Positions 1 to 8,040 are shown, counted from the first letter of the stretch. The stretch: 26,479 nucleotides of DNA from Nostoc sp. DedSLP01 (GCA_034530875.2 JAVRCJ020000064.1:1-26479); one strand, 5' to 3'. Program-made: numbers and translations. Notes: generated from the sequence alone by a model not told the origin.

Positions 1-157
1 TACCTTATTTTCATCAAGGTTTACGTGCTATGGCTCTTATCCAGTCTGCTTTATAGGCTCTTTGTCACCCCTTCAGGTAGTGCATATATTACGCATGGCA
101 GATATGCTTAACCAAATTAGAAAAATAGTCTTACCTCCTGATTATCCGCAAAAATAA

Positions 158-180
158 TTTAGTCGTGATTCATGACTAAA
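158..180. promoter_or_regulatory. Palindromic operator candidate TTTAGTCGTGA-T-TCATGACTAAA
   Basis: 11-bp arms with one mismatch upstream of ORF 315; the half-site TCACGACTAA recurs at 647-656. Confidence 0.5.
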
Positions 181-314
181 ATACTTGTAATGTGAACTGA
201 GATTTTTTAAGTTGGGTTCAGCAAGCATAGGATTCTTGAGAGTGACTGGTTAGCTCAGGTGCTTTTAAATACTCCCTATCTGTGCTTGCTTAATCTGACT
301 CACAAAGATGCAAA

Positions 315-629
315 ATGCAGACTGGGAGAAACTCCCATCAGAATAATCATCCAATTGATATGCTCCGTCAGTTGCCCCTTGAACCGATGGAGTATTGTCG
401 TCGTTGGGTTAGTCCAGAGCCAGGTCGCAATTATCGCAAAGCTTGCATTAATGCGATCGCTCAAGTCACAGGTACTAGCCCAAAAACCGTTAAGGACTGG
501 GGAACTGACTTTCGTCGGCGGCCTAAATATGTTACCCGCATATTAAGACAAGCAGACCTAATCAACCAATTTAGACAGCTTGTTGCAAAAGGAATTGTGA
601 CTCTACCTCCAGGCTTTCCTCAAGAATAA
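315..629 (+). CDS. Small putative helix-turn-helix DNA-binding protein (CAST cargo)
   Basis: 104 aa ORF; segment YRKACINAIAQVTGTSPKTVKDWG has an HTH pattern (IA..TG.S..TV..W); start could also be Met at 360. Confidence 0.6.
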   Translation: MQTGRNSHQNNHPIDMLRQLPLEPMEYCRRWVSPEPGRNYRKACINAIAQVTGTSPKTVKDWGTDFRRRPKYVTRILRQADLINQFRQLVAKGIVTLPPGFPQE

Positions 630-771
630 GCAAAAGCGATCGTTACTCACGACTAATTGCTCTAAAAACCCCTTGTTGTTAATACAAGAGGAATCTTAGG
701 CTGAGGTAAATAAGTACTAACTATGGCGAGCAGTTGTATCTTTCTTGATGAAGAAAATGGCAGAACACCAA

Positions 772-2622
772 ATGAACTCAATCTCTACTTTTGATATCAC
801 TAAGTATTTCCTTCTTGATGTCCTGAAAGATATTAAAATTGGACGCATCCAACTTCCAGATTTTCAAAGAGATTGGGTTTGGGATGATACCCATGTACGT
901 CGTTTGCTTGCCAGCATATCTCTGGCTTACCCAATTGGCGCAGTCATGATGCTCCAACAAAGCATTCAAAGCCGGCAATTCAAACCTCGGCTAGTTGATG
1001 GAGTCTTAAAACCAGAAAATTATGTGCCAAACTTATTAATCCTTGATGGACAGCAACGCCTGACAACTCTGTTTATGGTATTGCTATCTGAGCAACCTGT
1101 AATCATTAAAGACCAGAAAAGCCAAAAAATTATTAAGAAGTGGTACTACCTGGATATTGAAAAATGCCTCAACCCAGAATGCGATCGCCGTAGTGCGATC
1201 GTTACCTTACCTGAATCCAAAATTGCACGAATCTTTATGGGTGGTTTGATAGATTGTTCCACTCCTGAAAAAGAGTATGAGGCACTATTGTTTCCTTTAT
1301 CGAAAGTTTTCTTTTTTTCTGAATGGCGTAGTAAATTTTCCAAATATTGGCAATACGACCCCCAAAAGCTAGAGCTAATTGACACCTTAGAACTGGAAAT
1401 TCTAAAGAAATTTGAGCATTATCAAATACCTGTTATCCAGCTGCGTGACTCCTTACCGAAAGAAGCTGTATGCCAAGTATTTGAAGATACAAACACTTCT
1501 GGATGTGACCTCAATTATTTCGACTTAATGAGTTCAAGCTATTGCACTGCTGACTTTAGTTTGAGAGATGATTGGAAACAGCGCGAAAATCGCTTTCAGT
1601 CCTTAAAAGTATTGCGTAAGCTCCGAAGTACAGATTTTGTACAAGCAGTGACGTTGATGGCTGGTTACGCCAAGAGGATAAAAGCTATAAAAAAAGGCTG
1701 GAATATCGAGAAATTACCAAGCGTTGCTTGCGATCGCGCTGAAGTTCTAAAACTCACCAAACAAGAGTACCAGAAATGGGCTGATCCAATTTCTAGGGGT
1801 TTTGAAGAATCTGCTCGTTTTCTTCATAGTCAAAAAATCTTTGATGCAGATGATTTAGCTTACCCAATTCAATTAGTCATCCTCAGTGTAATTTTTACTA
1901 TTCTGGGAGAGCGTTCTCGTTCTTTCCAGGTACGTTTTATGCTCGAACGCTGGTTATGGTGTGGCATGTTTGGCGAAATTTATACACGCTGGTACGAAGC
2001 ACGAGCCGGGAGAGACATTATAGAAGTACCAGAATGGTTGGCAGGTGGTTCGCTACCGCTCACCATTGTGCAAGCAGATTTTTCTTTTGATAGGCTAATT
2101 TGTGTCAGAAAACGTTACGGTGCAGTTTATCAGGGTTTAGCTGCTTTACTGCGACGTGAAGGGGCAATAGATTGGTGTACTGGGGAAGAAATCAATGATG
2201 TGATTTATTTTGAAGAACAAATAGATTCGCATCATATCTTCCCTGTGGCATGGTGTCGCAAAAAAGGCATTGACCCCAAAAAGTATAACTGCTTGATTAA
2301 CCGCACACCTTTAAGCGCCAAAACAAACAAAAAGATTGGTAGTAAAGCGCCTTCCCTTTATTTAGGGGAGTTTGAACTTTCTGGAACATCAGCTAGAAGA
2401 CTTGATGAAATATTGCGATCGCACGCTATATCTCCAAAAACTTTACGGCTAGATGATTTTGAAGGGTTTTTCCAGATGCGGGCAAATAATTTGCTAACGC
2501 TAATTGGAAAGGCAATGGGCAAAAGTTTAAGCTTTGAATCCTTTCAGTATTTTGTTGGAGAGCATCATAACGGGAATAGCAGAGAGTATAAGCTTCACCC
2601 CGAAATCATAAATAATTATTAA
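772..2622 (+). CDS. DUF262 + C-terminal HNH (DUF1524-like) protein, GmrSD-like modification-dependent restriction/defence nuclease
   Basis: LPDFQRDWVW and ILDGQQRLTTL DUF262 motifs; C-terminal IDSHHIFP...NCLINRTPLSAKTN His-Me finger; ORF open from 745, start uncertain (748/757/772). Confidence 0.85.
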   Translation: MNSISTFDITKYFLLDVLKDIKIGRIQLPDFQRDWVWDDTHVRRLLASISLAYPIGAVMMLQQSIQSRQFKPRLVDGVLKPENYVPNLLILDGQQRLTTLFMVLLSEQPVIIKDQKSQKIIKKWYYLDIEKCLNPECDRRSAIVTLPESKIARIFMGGLIDCSTPEKEYEALLFPLSKVFFFSEWRSKFSKYWQYDPQKLELIDTLELEILKKFEHYQIPVIQLRDSLPKEAVCQVFEDTNTSGCDLNYFDLMSSSYCTADFSLRDDWKQRENRFQSLKVLRKLRSTDFVQAVTLMAGYAKRIKAIKKGWNIEKLPSVACDRAEVLKLTKQEYQKWADPISRGFEESARFLHSQKIFDADDLAYPIQLVILSVIFTILGERSRSFQVRFMLERWLWCGMFGEIYTRWYEARAGRDIIEVPEWLAGGSLPLTIVQADFSFDRLICVRKRYGAVYQGLAALLRREGAIDWCTGEEINDVIYFEEQIDSHHIFPVAWCRKKGIDPKKYNCLINRTPLSAKTNKKIGSKAPSLYLGEFELSGTSARRLDEILRSHAISPKTLRLDDFEGFFQMRANNLLTLIGKAMGKSLSFESFQYFVGEHHNGNSREYKLHPEIINNY

Positions 2623-2708
2623 GCAATCACAGCCATAATCCCTAATTTTACTTAACTGGGTATTCTGGCAGCAAACTTAAGGGATAGTAAATGCGTCTCT
2701 CAACACTC

Positions 2709-2870
2709 CTAGTGCGGTTTTTCAGAGGATTCTTTTTTTTGCAACCAGTCCCTAATTGCCTCCTCCAAAGCTGCTGTCTGTGTGACTTCCAAACGAGCGC
2801 AAGCGATTTCAAAAGCAATTTTTAAATCTTTAGGAATTCTTCCCCGAACTTCTCTAGTTTCTTCTGCCAT
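2709..2870 (-). CDS. Ribbon-helix-helix (omega/CopG/Arc-like) transcriptional repressor divergent from cas12k
   Basis: 53 aa from ATG at 2870: REVRGRIPKDLKIAFEIACARLEVTQTAALEEAIRDWL = beta-strand + two helices; sits where V-K CASTs carry their regulator (MerR-type cvkR in many). Confidence 0.8.
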   Translation of the reverse strand: MAEETREVRGRIPKDLKIAFEIACARLEVTQTAALEEAIRDWLQKKESSEKPH

Positions 2871-2945
2871 CTCCACATGTTGTCTTAGTTCGGGCTTAAT
2901 TGTGGCACAGGCTTCTGACAAAAAAACATTTGAGCTAAAAAGCTT

Positions 2946-2974
2946 TTGCGCTATTGCGCTATTGCGCTTATAAT
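2946..2974 (+). promoter_or_regulatory. Predicted cas12k sigma70 promoter with three tandem TTGCGCT(A/T) octamers
   Basis: TTGCGC (2946-2951) - 17 bp - TATAAT (2969-2974); octamers at 2946, 2954, 2962. Confidence 0.75.
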
Positions 2975-3046
2975 AAAAACAGGTGGCTAAGCAAATCAAA
3001 GACTTAGGAGTGCAACTTTCATCAATGCCGCAAAGTTAAACACACC

Positions 3047-4984
3047 ATGAGCGTTATCACTATTCAATGCCGTCTGGTTAGTGATGAAAACAGCCTCCGC
3101 CTCTTGTGGAAATTAATGGCTGAGAAAAACACACCACTGATTAACGAATTATTAGAACAGTTAGCCAAACATCCTGATTTCGATACTTGGTTAGAAAAAA
3201 CCGAAGTACCTGAAAAGACTATCAAGAGAATATGTAGTTCTCTCAAAACACAAGAGCGTTTTGCTGAGCAGCCAGGTCGTTTTTACACATCAGCAGAGGC
3301 TCTAGTTAAAGAAGTTTATAAGTCTTGGTTTGCCTTACAAAAGCGACGACAACGCCAAATAGAAGGGAAAGAGCGTTGGTTAAAGATGCTCAAGAGTGAT
3401 ATGGAATTACAGCAAGAAAGTCAATGTAGCTTGGATGTGATTAGGGCCAAAGCTACTGAAATTTTGACTTCATTTGTTGCTAAGTTTACTCCGAATAAAA
3501 ATAAGCAATCTAAAACAAAAAAAGGCAAGAATACTAAAAATAATAAAAAGCAGTCTTCAAATACCACACTTTTCAAGGGGTTATTTGATATTTACGATAA
3601 AACAGAAGAATGTTTATCTCGGTGCGCTCTTGCCTATCTACTCAAAAATAACTGCCAGGTCAGTGAGGCTGATGAAGATCCCGACCAATATGCTAAGACT
3701 AGGCGTAAAAAAGAAATTGAACTTGAACGTTTAAAAAATCAAATCAAAAGTCGGAAACCCAAGGGACGAGATTTAACAGGAGAAAAATGGCTAGAAACTT
3801 TGTCAGAGGTAGTTAATAAAGTCCCTCAAAATGAAGATGAAGCTAAATCTTGGCAAGCTACACTCCTGAGAAGAGATAGCTATATGCCATATCCTGTTGA
3901 TTATGAAACTAATACAGACCTAACCTGGTTGACAAATGATAAAGGCCGTATCTTTGTCAAATTTAATGGGATGAAAAAATTAATGAATGAACCATTATTT
4001 GAGGTTTATTGTGATTCTCGGCAGCTTCATTATTTTCAACGCTTCTGCCAAGACTGGCAAATTTGGCATGATGACAAGGAAACATACTCTTCTGGGCTAT
4101 TTATTCTACGTTCTGGGCGTTTGCTCTGGCACGAACGAAAGGGTATAAAGGAGCCGTGGAAAATTCACCACTTAATTCTTCAATGCTCTGTAGAAACAGG
4201 TTTATGGACACAAGAAGAAACAGAACTAGTTCGCTTTGAAAAAATCAATCAAGCTGAAAAAACTATCAGCAAAATGCAACAAAAAGGTAGTTTAAAGGAG
4301 AACCAAGTAACTCGTCTAAAAAAAGAGTTAACTACCAGGCACAAACTTAACAACCCCTTCCCCGGTCGTCCCAGTGAACCCCTGTATCAAGGAAAATCTA
4401 ATATTCTGGTTGGTGTAAGCTTGGGCTTAGATAAACCAGCAACAGTTGCTGTGGTAGATGCTGCCAACAATAAAGTTCTGACTTATCGTAGCGTTAAACA
4501 ACTACTGGGCGATCGCTACAATCTTCTCAACCGCCAGCGGCAGCAACAGCAACGTCTTTCCCACGAACGCCACAAAGCTCACAAACAAAATGCGTCAAGC
4601 TCATTTGGTGAATCAGAGTTAGGACAATATGTTGATAGATTACTCGCAGATGCGATTGTTGCGATCGCAAAAACTTACTCTGCTGGCAGTATTGTTCTAC
4701 CGAAACTCCAGGATATGCGAGAAATCATTCAAAGCGAGGTTCAGGTAAAAGCAGAGAAAAAAATTCCAGGTTACAAGGAAGGTCAACAAAAGTATGCAAA
4801 AGATTATCGTGTCAGCGTTCACCGTTGGAGCTATGGTCGATTAATCGAAAGTATTCAAATTCAAGCTACAAAAACTGGAATATCTATTGAAAGGGGGTCA
4901 CAGCCAATTAGAGAAAGTAAACAAGAACAAGCCAGAGATTTAGCTTTATTTGCTTATCAACAACGCCAACTTGAGGTGCTTTAG
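3047..4984 (+). CDS. cas12k: Type V-K CRISPR effector Cas12k (C2c5), RuvC-inactive
   Basis: 645 aa; MSVITIQCRL N-terminus, KNTPLINELL, QPGRFYTSA, VGVSLGLDKPATVAVVD (RuvC-I Asp replaced by Ser), IVLPKL (RuvC-II Glu missing), HRWSYGRLI; followed by tracrRNA and array. Confidence 0.97.
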   Translation: MSVITIQCRLVSDENSLRLLWKLMAEKNTPLINELLEQLAKHPDFDTWLEKTEVPEKTIKRICSSLKTQERFAEQPGRFYTSAEALVKEVYKSWFALQKRRQRQIEGKERWLKMLKSDMELQQESQCSLDVIRAKATEILTSFVAKFTPNKNKQSKTKKGKNTKNNKKQSSNTTLFKGLFDIYDKTEECLSRCALAYLLKNNCQVSEADEDPDQYAKTRRKKEIELERLKNQIKSRKPKGRDLTGEKWLETLSEVVNKVPQNEDEAKSWQATLLRRDSYMPYPVDYETNTDLTWLTNDKGRIFVKFNGMKKLMNEPLFEVYCDSRQLHYFQRFCQDWQIWHDDKETYSSGLFILRSGRLLWHERKGIKEPWKIHHLILQCSVETGLWTQEETELVRFEKINQAEKTISKMQQKGSLKENQVTRLKKELTTRHKLNNPFPGRPSEPLYQGKSNILVGVSLGLDKPATVAVVDAANNKVLTYRSVKQLLGDRYNLLNRQRQQQQRLSHERHKAHKQNASSSFGESELGQYVDRLLADAIVAIAKTYSAGSIVLPKLQDMREIIQSEVQVKAEKKIPGYKEGQQKYAKDYRVSVHRWSYGRLIESIQIQATKTGISIERGSQPIRESKQEQARDLALFAYQQRQLEVL

Positions 4985-5004
4985 TTAAAATACTGAACCT
5001 TGAA

Positions 5005-5060
5005 AATATAATAGGAGAATAATAGCGCCGCAAATATAATAGGAGAATAATAGCGCCGCA
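5005..5060 (+). repeat. Perfect 28-bp tandem duplication AATATAATAGGAGAATAATAGCGCCGCA x2 spanning the tracrRNA -10 box and 5' end
   Basis: Copies at 5005-5032 and 5033-5060 are identical; TATAAT at 5007 and 5035. Confidence 0.95.
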
Positions 5061-5300
5061 GTTCATGCTTTTCGGAGCCGCTGTACTGTGAAAAATCTGG
5101 GTTAGTTTGACGGTTGTCAGACCGTTTTGCTTTCTGACCCTGGTAGCTGCCCACTCCTGATGCTGCTGTCGCAAGACAGGATAGGTGCGCTCCCTGCAAT
5201 AAGGAGTAGGGCTTGAAAAAGCAATAGCCGTTGCTAGCAACGGTGCGGGTTACCGCAGTGGTGGCTACTGAATCACCCCCTTCGTCGGGGGAACCCTCCA
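5046..5300 (+). ncRNA. Cas12k tracrRNA
   Basis: Conserved V-K tracr blocks: AATAGCGCCGCAGTTCATGC, GGGTTAGTTTGAC, GCTTTCTGACCCTGGTAGCTGC, GGATAGGTGCGCTCCC, GTGGCTACTGAATCACCCCC..GGGGGAACCCT; GCTTTC and AACCC are complementary to the repeat 3' end; ends approximate. Confidence 0.92.
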
Positions 5301-5501
5301 AATATTTTTTTTGGTGTGTCCAAGTGGGGGCAAAATCCCTAGAGTCCCGCCAAAAGTTTAAAACCCTTATCCAGTCTTGGTTTAATAAACTAGTGTGTCA
5401 ATGCATTTAGTTTTTTAATTTTTAGTTCAAGACTATTTGAAGCATACCTGCCAAATTATGTGTATGGAAAGCTTTTATCGCAAGGGTTCTAGACGGGCCG
5501 A

Positions 5502-6033
5502 GTTTCAACAACCATCCCGGCTAGGGGTGGGTTGAAAGATTCTTGACTGCGAAACCACTGGATTGGGCAGCGCTGAAGTTTCAACAACCATCCCGGCTAG
5601 GGGTGGGTTGAAAGCATCGCGGCATAAATTACCTGTTGTGGGTTTGGGGGTTTCAACAACCATCCCGGCTAGGGGTGGGTTGAAAGGCTTCTATCTCTAT
5701 CTGTAGATCTGTAGCATTACAGGAGTTTCAACAACTATCCCGGCTAGGGGTGGGTTGAAAGTTTTTCATGACTTCCAAAGAGTATGGTGTTTTAGGTTTC
5801 AACAACCATCCTGGCTAGGGGTGGGTTGAAAGATCCATAGAAAAATTACACCGGGTTGCCGTGCGATGTTTCAACAATCATCCCGGCTAGGGGTGGGTTG
5901 AAAGCATTTATACTACTATGAAACTGTGAATAAATGACACGTTTCAACAACCATCCAGGCTAGGGGCAGGTTGAAAGCTGATTAGTCAAGAAAGTACAAA
6001 TTTAACAGATGTGTTTCAACTATCATCTGGGCT
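5502..6033 (+). CRISPR. Type V-K CRISPR array: 7 full 37-bp repeats plus a truncated 8th, 7 spacers of 34-39 bp
   Basis: Consensus GTTTCAACAACCATCCCGGCTAGGGGTGGGTTGAAAG at 5502, 5578, 5650, 5725, 5796, 5868, 5941; 21-bp degenerate 5' half at 6013-6033; degeneracy rises distally, so leader is about 5300-5501. Confidence 0.98.
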
Positions 6034-6119
6034 TGAACTGTGTTGCACAAATAAGGATATAAATACTATCTACTTACACTAACCAGATTTAAAATGGTTA
6101 AAAAGTACAACTCATTATT

Positions 6120-6150
6120 AGGAGGGTTGAAAGGAGCGCTGCGATCGAAC
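6120..6150 (+). CRISPR. Delocalised homing crRNA: partial repeat + 17-nt spacer matching tRNA-Ala
   Basis: AGGAGGGTTGAAAG (6120-6133) followed by GAGCGCTGCGATCGAAC (6134-6150), 16/17 identical to the minus strand at 6355-6371 with adjacent GTA PAM (6372-6374). Confidence 0.93.
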
Positions 6151-6191
6151 AAAAATAAGAGCCAGTCGTTAAAAACAATGGAAGATTTGAC

Positions 6192-6312
6192 GACATTAAT
6201 GTGTTAACATCTGACTAAGGTTAAATCGAGGACATTAATGTGTTAAACGACAAATAATTAGTTAATAACGACATTAATCTGTTAACGACGACAAATAAAG
6301 TGTTAATCGACA
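6192..6312 (-). mobile_element. CAST PAM-proximal end (left end by ShCAST convention) with five TnsB-binding repeats
   Basis: GACA(T/A)..AA...GTTAA units at 6192, 6231, 6249, 6270, 6290; minus strand begins TGTCGATTAACAC at 6312; GGATG (6313-6317) is the predicted 5-bp target duplication. Confidence 0.9.
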
Positions 6313-6319
6313 GGATGTA

Positions 6320-6392
6320 TGGAGAATAGGGAACTCGAATCCCTGACCTCTGCGGTGCGATCGCAGCGCTCTACCAACTGAGCTAATTCCCC
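6320..6392 (-). tRNA. trnA: tRNA-Ala (anticodon CGC), CAST attachment site
   Basis: GGGGAATTAGCTCAGTTGGTAGAGCGCTGCGATCGCACCGCAGAGGTCAGGGATTCGAGTTCCCTATTCTCCA; cloverleaf, G3:U70 Ala identity pair, CCA not encoded. Confidence 0.97.
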
Positions 6393-6419
6393 TAAATTAA
6401 TTCACCAATGAATATCTTA

Positions 6420-7145
6420 TCATTCACTTACTGATGACTGGGACTGTTTTTGAGAATAAACTTTTTGCACCCGTTCGAGTTCCAAATCAGTGAGGTAATC
6501 AACAGTCCAGTTACAGCAGCGCTGAAGCATGTGGAAGGGGTAAGTATTCGCTACACCTACCACTTGTATATGCGATCGCTTTGCTGCTTGAATACCAGCT
6601 GGTGTATCTTCAATTGCTAGACACTCTTGCGGTTGCAGATTTAATTCTGGATATTCTTCGTTCAATTTTTTCACTGCCAGTAGATAACCTTCGGGTTCTG
6701 GTTTACTGGCAGTGATGTCATCACCCGCGACAATAATTTTAAAGTGTTCGGCCAGTTTAGCCCGATTGAGTACCAGATCTATTTCTTTGCGAATTGTGCC
6801 GCTGACTAATCCCAATTTCAGATTGCGCGATCGCACTTGATATATTAAGTCATTCACCCCTGGGTATAAAGGCAGTTTCTCAATTTTCTCTAGTTCTAGT
6901 GCGTAAGCCTCGGCTTTGCGGTGCAGCAGTTGAGTTAAATATTTTTCCGTAACTACCCTACCACGATTGGAGAGTAGCTGAGTAAAACAAGCGCGATCGC
7001 TGCGTCCTAAAGATGCTTGACGCTCATCAACCCGCTGCGGTTGGAGATTTTCTTGAATGAGAATCTCATCAATCAGTTGCAGGTGGATTGGCTCATCATT
7101 AATAATGACGCCATTAAAATCAAAGAGAACTGCCTTTAAACTCAT
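6420..7145 (-). CDS. HAD family phosphatase
   Basis: VLFDFNGVI motif I (second Asp replaced by Asn), SKPEP and AIEDTPAGI motifs. Confidence 0.9.
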   Translation of the reverse strand: MSLKAVLFDFNGVIINDEPIHLQLIDEILIQENLQPQRVDERQASLGRSDRACFTQLLSNRGRVVTEKYLTQLLHRKAEAYALELEKIEKLPLYPGVNDLIYQVRSRNLKLGLVSGTIRKEIDLVLNRAKLAEHFKIIVAGDDITASKPEPEGYLLAVKKLNEEYPELNLQPQECLAIEDTPAGIQAAKRSHIQVVGVANTYPFHMLQRCCNWTVDYLTDLELERVQKVYSQKQSQSSVSE

Positions 7146-7149
7146 GCGA

Positions 7150-8040
7150 TTATGCCAACGCTGGCGATCCTATTTCCTCCAAATTATTATTATCTATTGT
7201 GGCGTCGATTGACGTTGCAGCATATTGGCGGGTATTTTCAGAGGCTATCGGTTTAATGCCGCTAGTTACCTGATTTATCCACCAAACATCTTGGGTTCGC
7301 ACTGCTTCAAACCCTGCTGCGCCCATATTGGCATCGACGCTACCATTGGCATATTCACGAATGTATGGTTCTTCAAAAAGGTCATTGAGCCATTCTAATT
7401 GACGCAGAGTCTTTTGATTGCCATCTTGAATTAAGACTTGTCCTCCAGATACCAGCAAGCGGAAGCTTTCTCGCAAAATTGCTAACGATACTGCATCTGG
7501 TATTTCGTGGAATAGTAAAGAAGCTGTCACCAAATCAAATGAAGCATCGCTAAAACCAGTTTTTTCAGCATTCCCGTGTCGCCAGACTATATCTAAACCA
7601 GCAGCTTGGCTTTTATGTTCTGCCCTTACCAACATATAAGGCGATAAGTCCAAACCAATAACTTCGGCTTCGGGGAAAGCCTGCTTTAACATTAAAGTAG
7701 TGGAACCCGTACCGCAACCTAAATCAAGTATGCGGCGTGGTTTTACTTTGATAGCATCAATTAAAGCCTGACGGACAACATTTTCGTTAGGCGGCAGAAC
7801 ATATTGAGTTATGGGGTCGTAAGTAACCGCTGCACCAGAGGTGAGATATCCGCCTTCAATCCCGTGAAAGTTTTGCTCGCTGTAGTACGATGGAACTATG
7901 ACATCAGCTCGGCGAAAGCGATCGCCTTCTTTCTCCCAATCAATACTTTGTTGATAACGCCGCAACCCATCTTCATCAATGAAAAAACGCGCTACAGGCG
8001 ATAAAAAACGTTCCCAAATCGTATCTTGACGCACTGCCAT
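7150..8040 (-). CDS. Class I SAM-dependent methyltransferase (UbiE-like)
   Basis: ILDLGCGTG, GLDLSPYML, SFDLVTASLLFHE motifs. Confidence 0.9.
   Translation of the reverse strand: MAVRQDTIWERFLSPVARFFIDEDGLRRYQQSIDWEKEGDRFRRADVIVPSYYSEQNFHGIEGGYLTSGAAVTYDPITQYVLPPNENVVRQALIDAIKVKPRRILDLGCGTGSTTLMLKQAFPEAEVIGLDLSPYMLVRAEHKSQAAGLDIVWRHGNAEKTGFSDASFDLVTASLLFHEIPDAVSLAILRESFRLLVSGGQVLIQDGNQKTLRQLEWLNDLFEEPYIREYANGSVDANMGAAGFEAVRTQDVWWINQVTSGIKPIASENTRQYAATSIDATIDNNNLEEIGSPALA

Larger units (their letters stand above)
1..6312. mobile_element. Type V-K CRISPR-associated Tn7-like transposon (CAST), CRISPR/tRNA-proximal part; continues left of the window
   Basis: cas12k + tracrRNA + V-K repeats + homing mini-spacer + TnsB-site array ending in ...ACA at 6310-6312 next to the targeted tRNA; tnsB/tnsC/tniQ not seen in window. 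Confidence 0.95.

Noticed and set aside
36..47. CTTATCCAGTCT shared with the CRISPR leader (5366-5377)
   Set aside because: A single 12-bp match to a common cyanobacterial intergenic motif; no repeats nearby
2871..2999. N-terminal 43-aa extension of the 96-aa ORF and the overlapping + strand ORF 2782..2973
   Set aside because: The extension runs through the cas12k promoter; the RHH domain starts at ATG 2870
4995..5020. CCTTGAAAA followed by TATAATA as a possible repeat-like guide against the cas12k promoter
   Set aside because: Only 7 nt match (TATAATA) and no GTN PAM at 2966-2968
5228..5243. Perfect palindrome CCGTTGCTAGCAACGG in the tracrRNA, absent from ShCAST
   Set aside because: A similar extra stem occurs, as I recall, in AcCAST-type tracrRNAs, so it is not novel
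4908..5301. Minus-strand ORFs of 110 and 106 aa sharing LRRYYSPII
   Set aside because: Antisense to the tracrRNA; the shared peptide just reflects the 28-bp duplication
5687..6012. Spacers 3-7 as possible self-targeting guides
   Set aside because: No match noticed within the window and no recognisable protein motif; needs a database search
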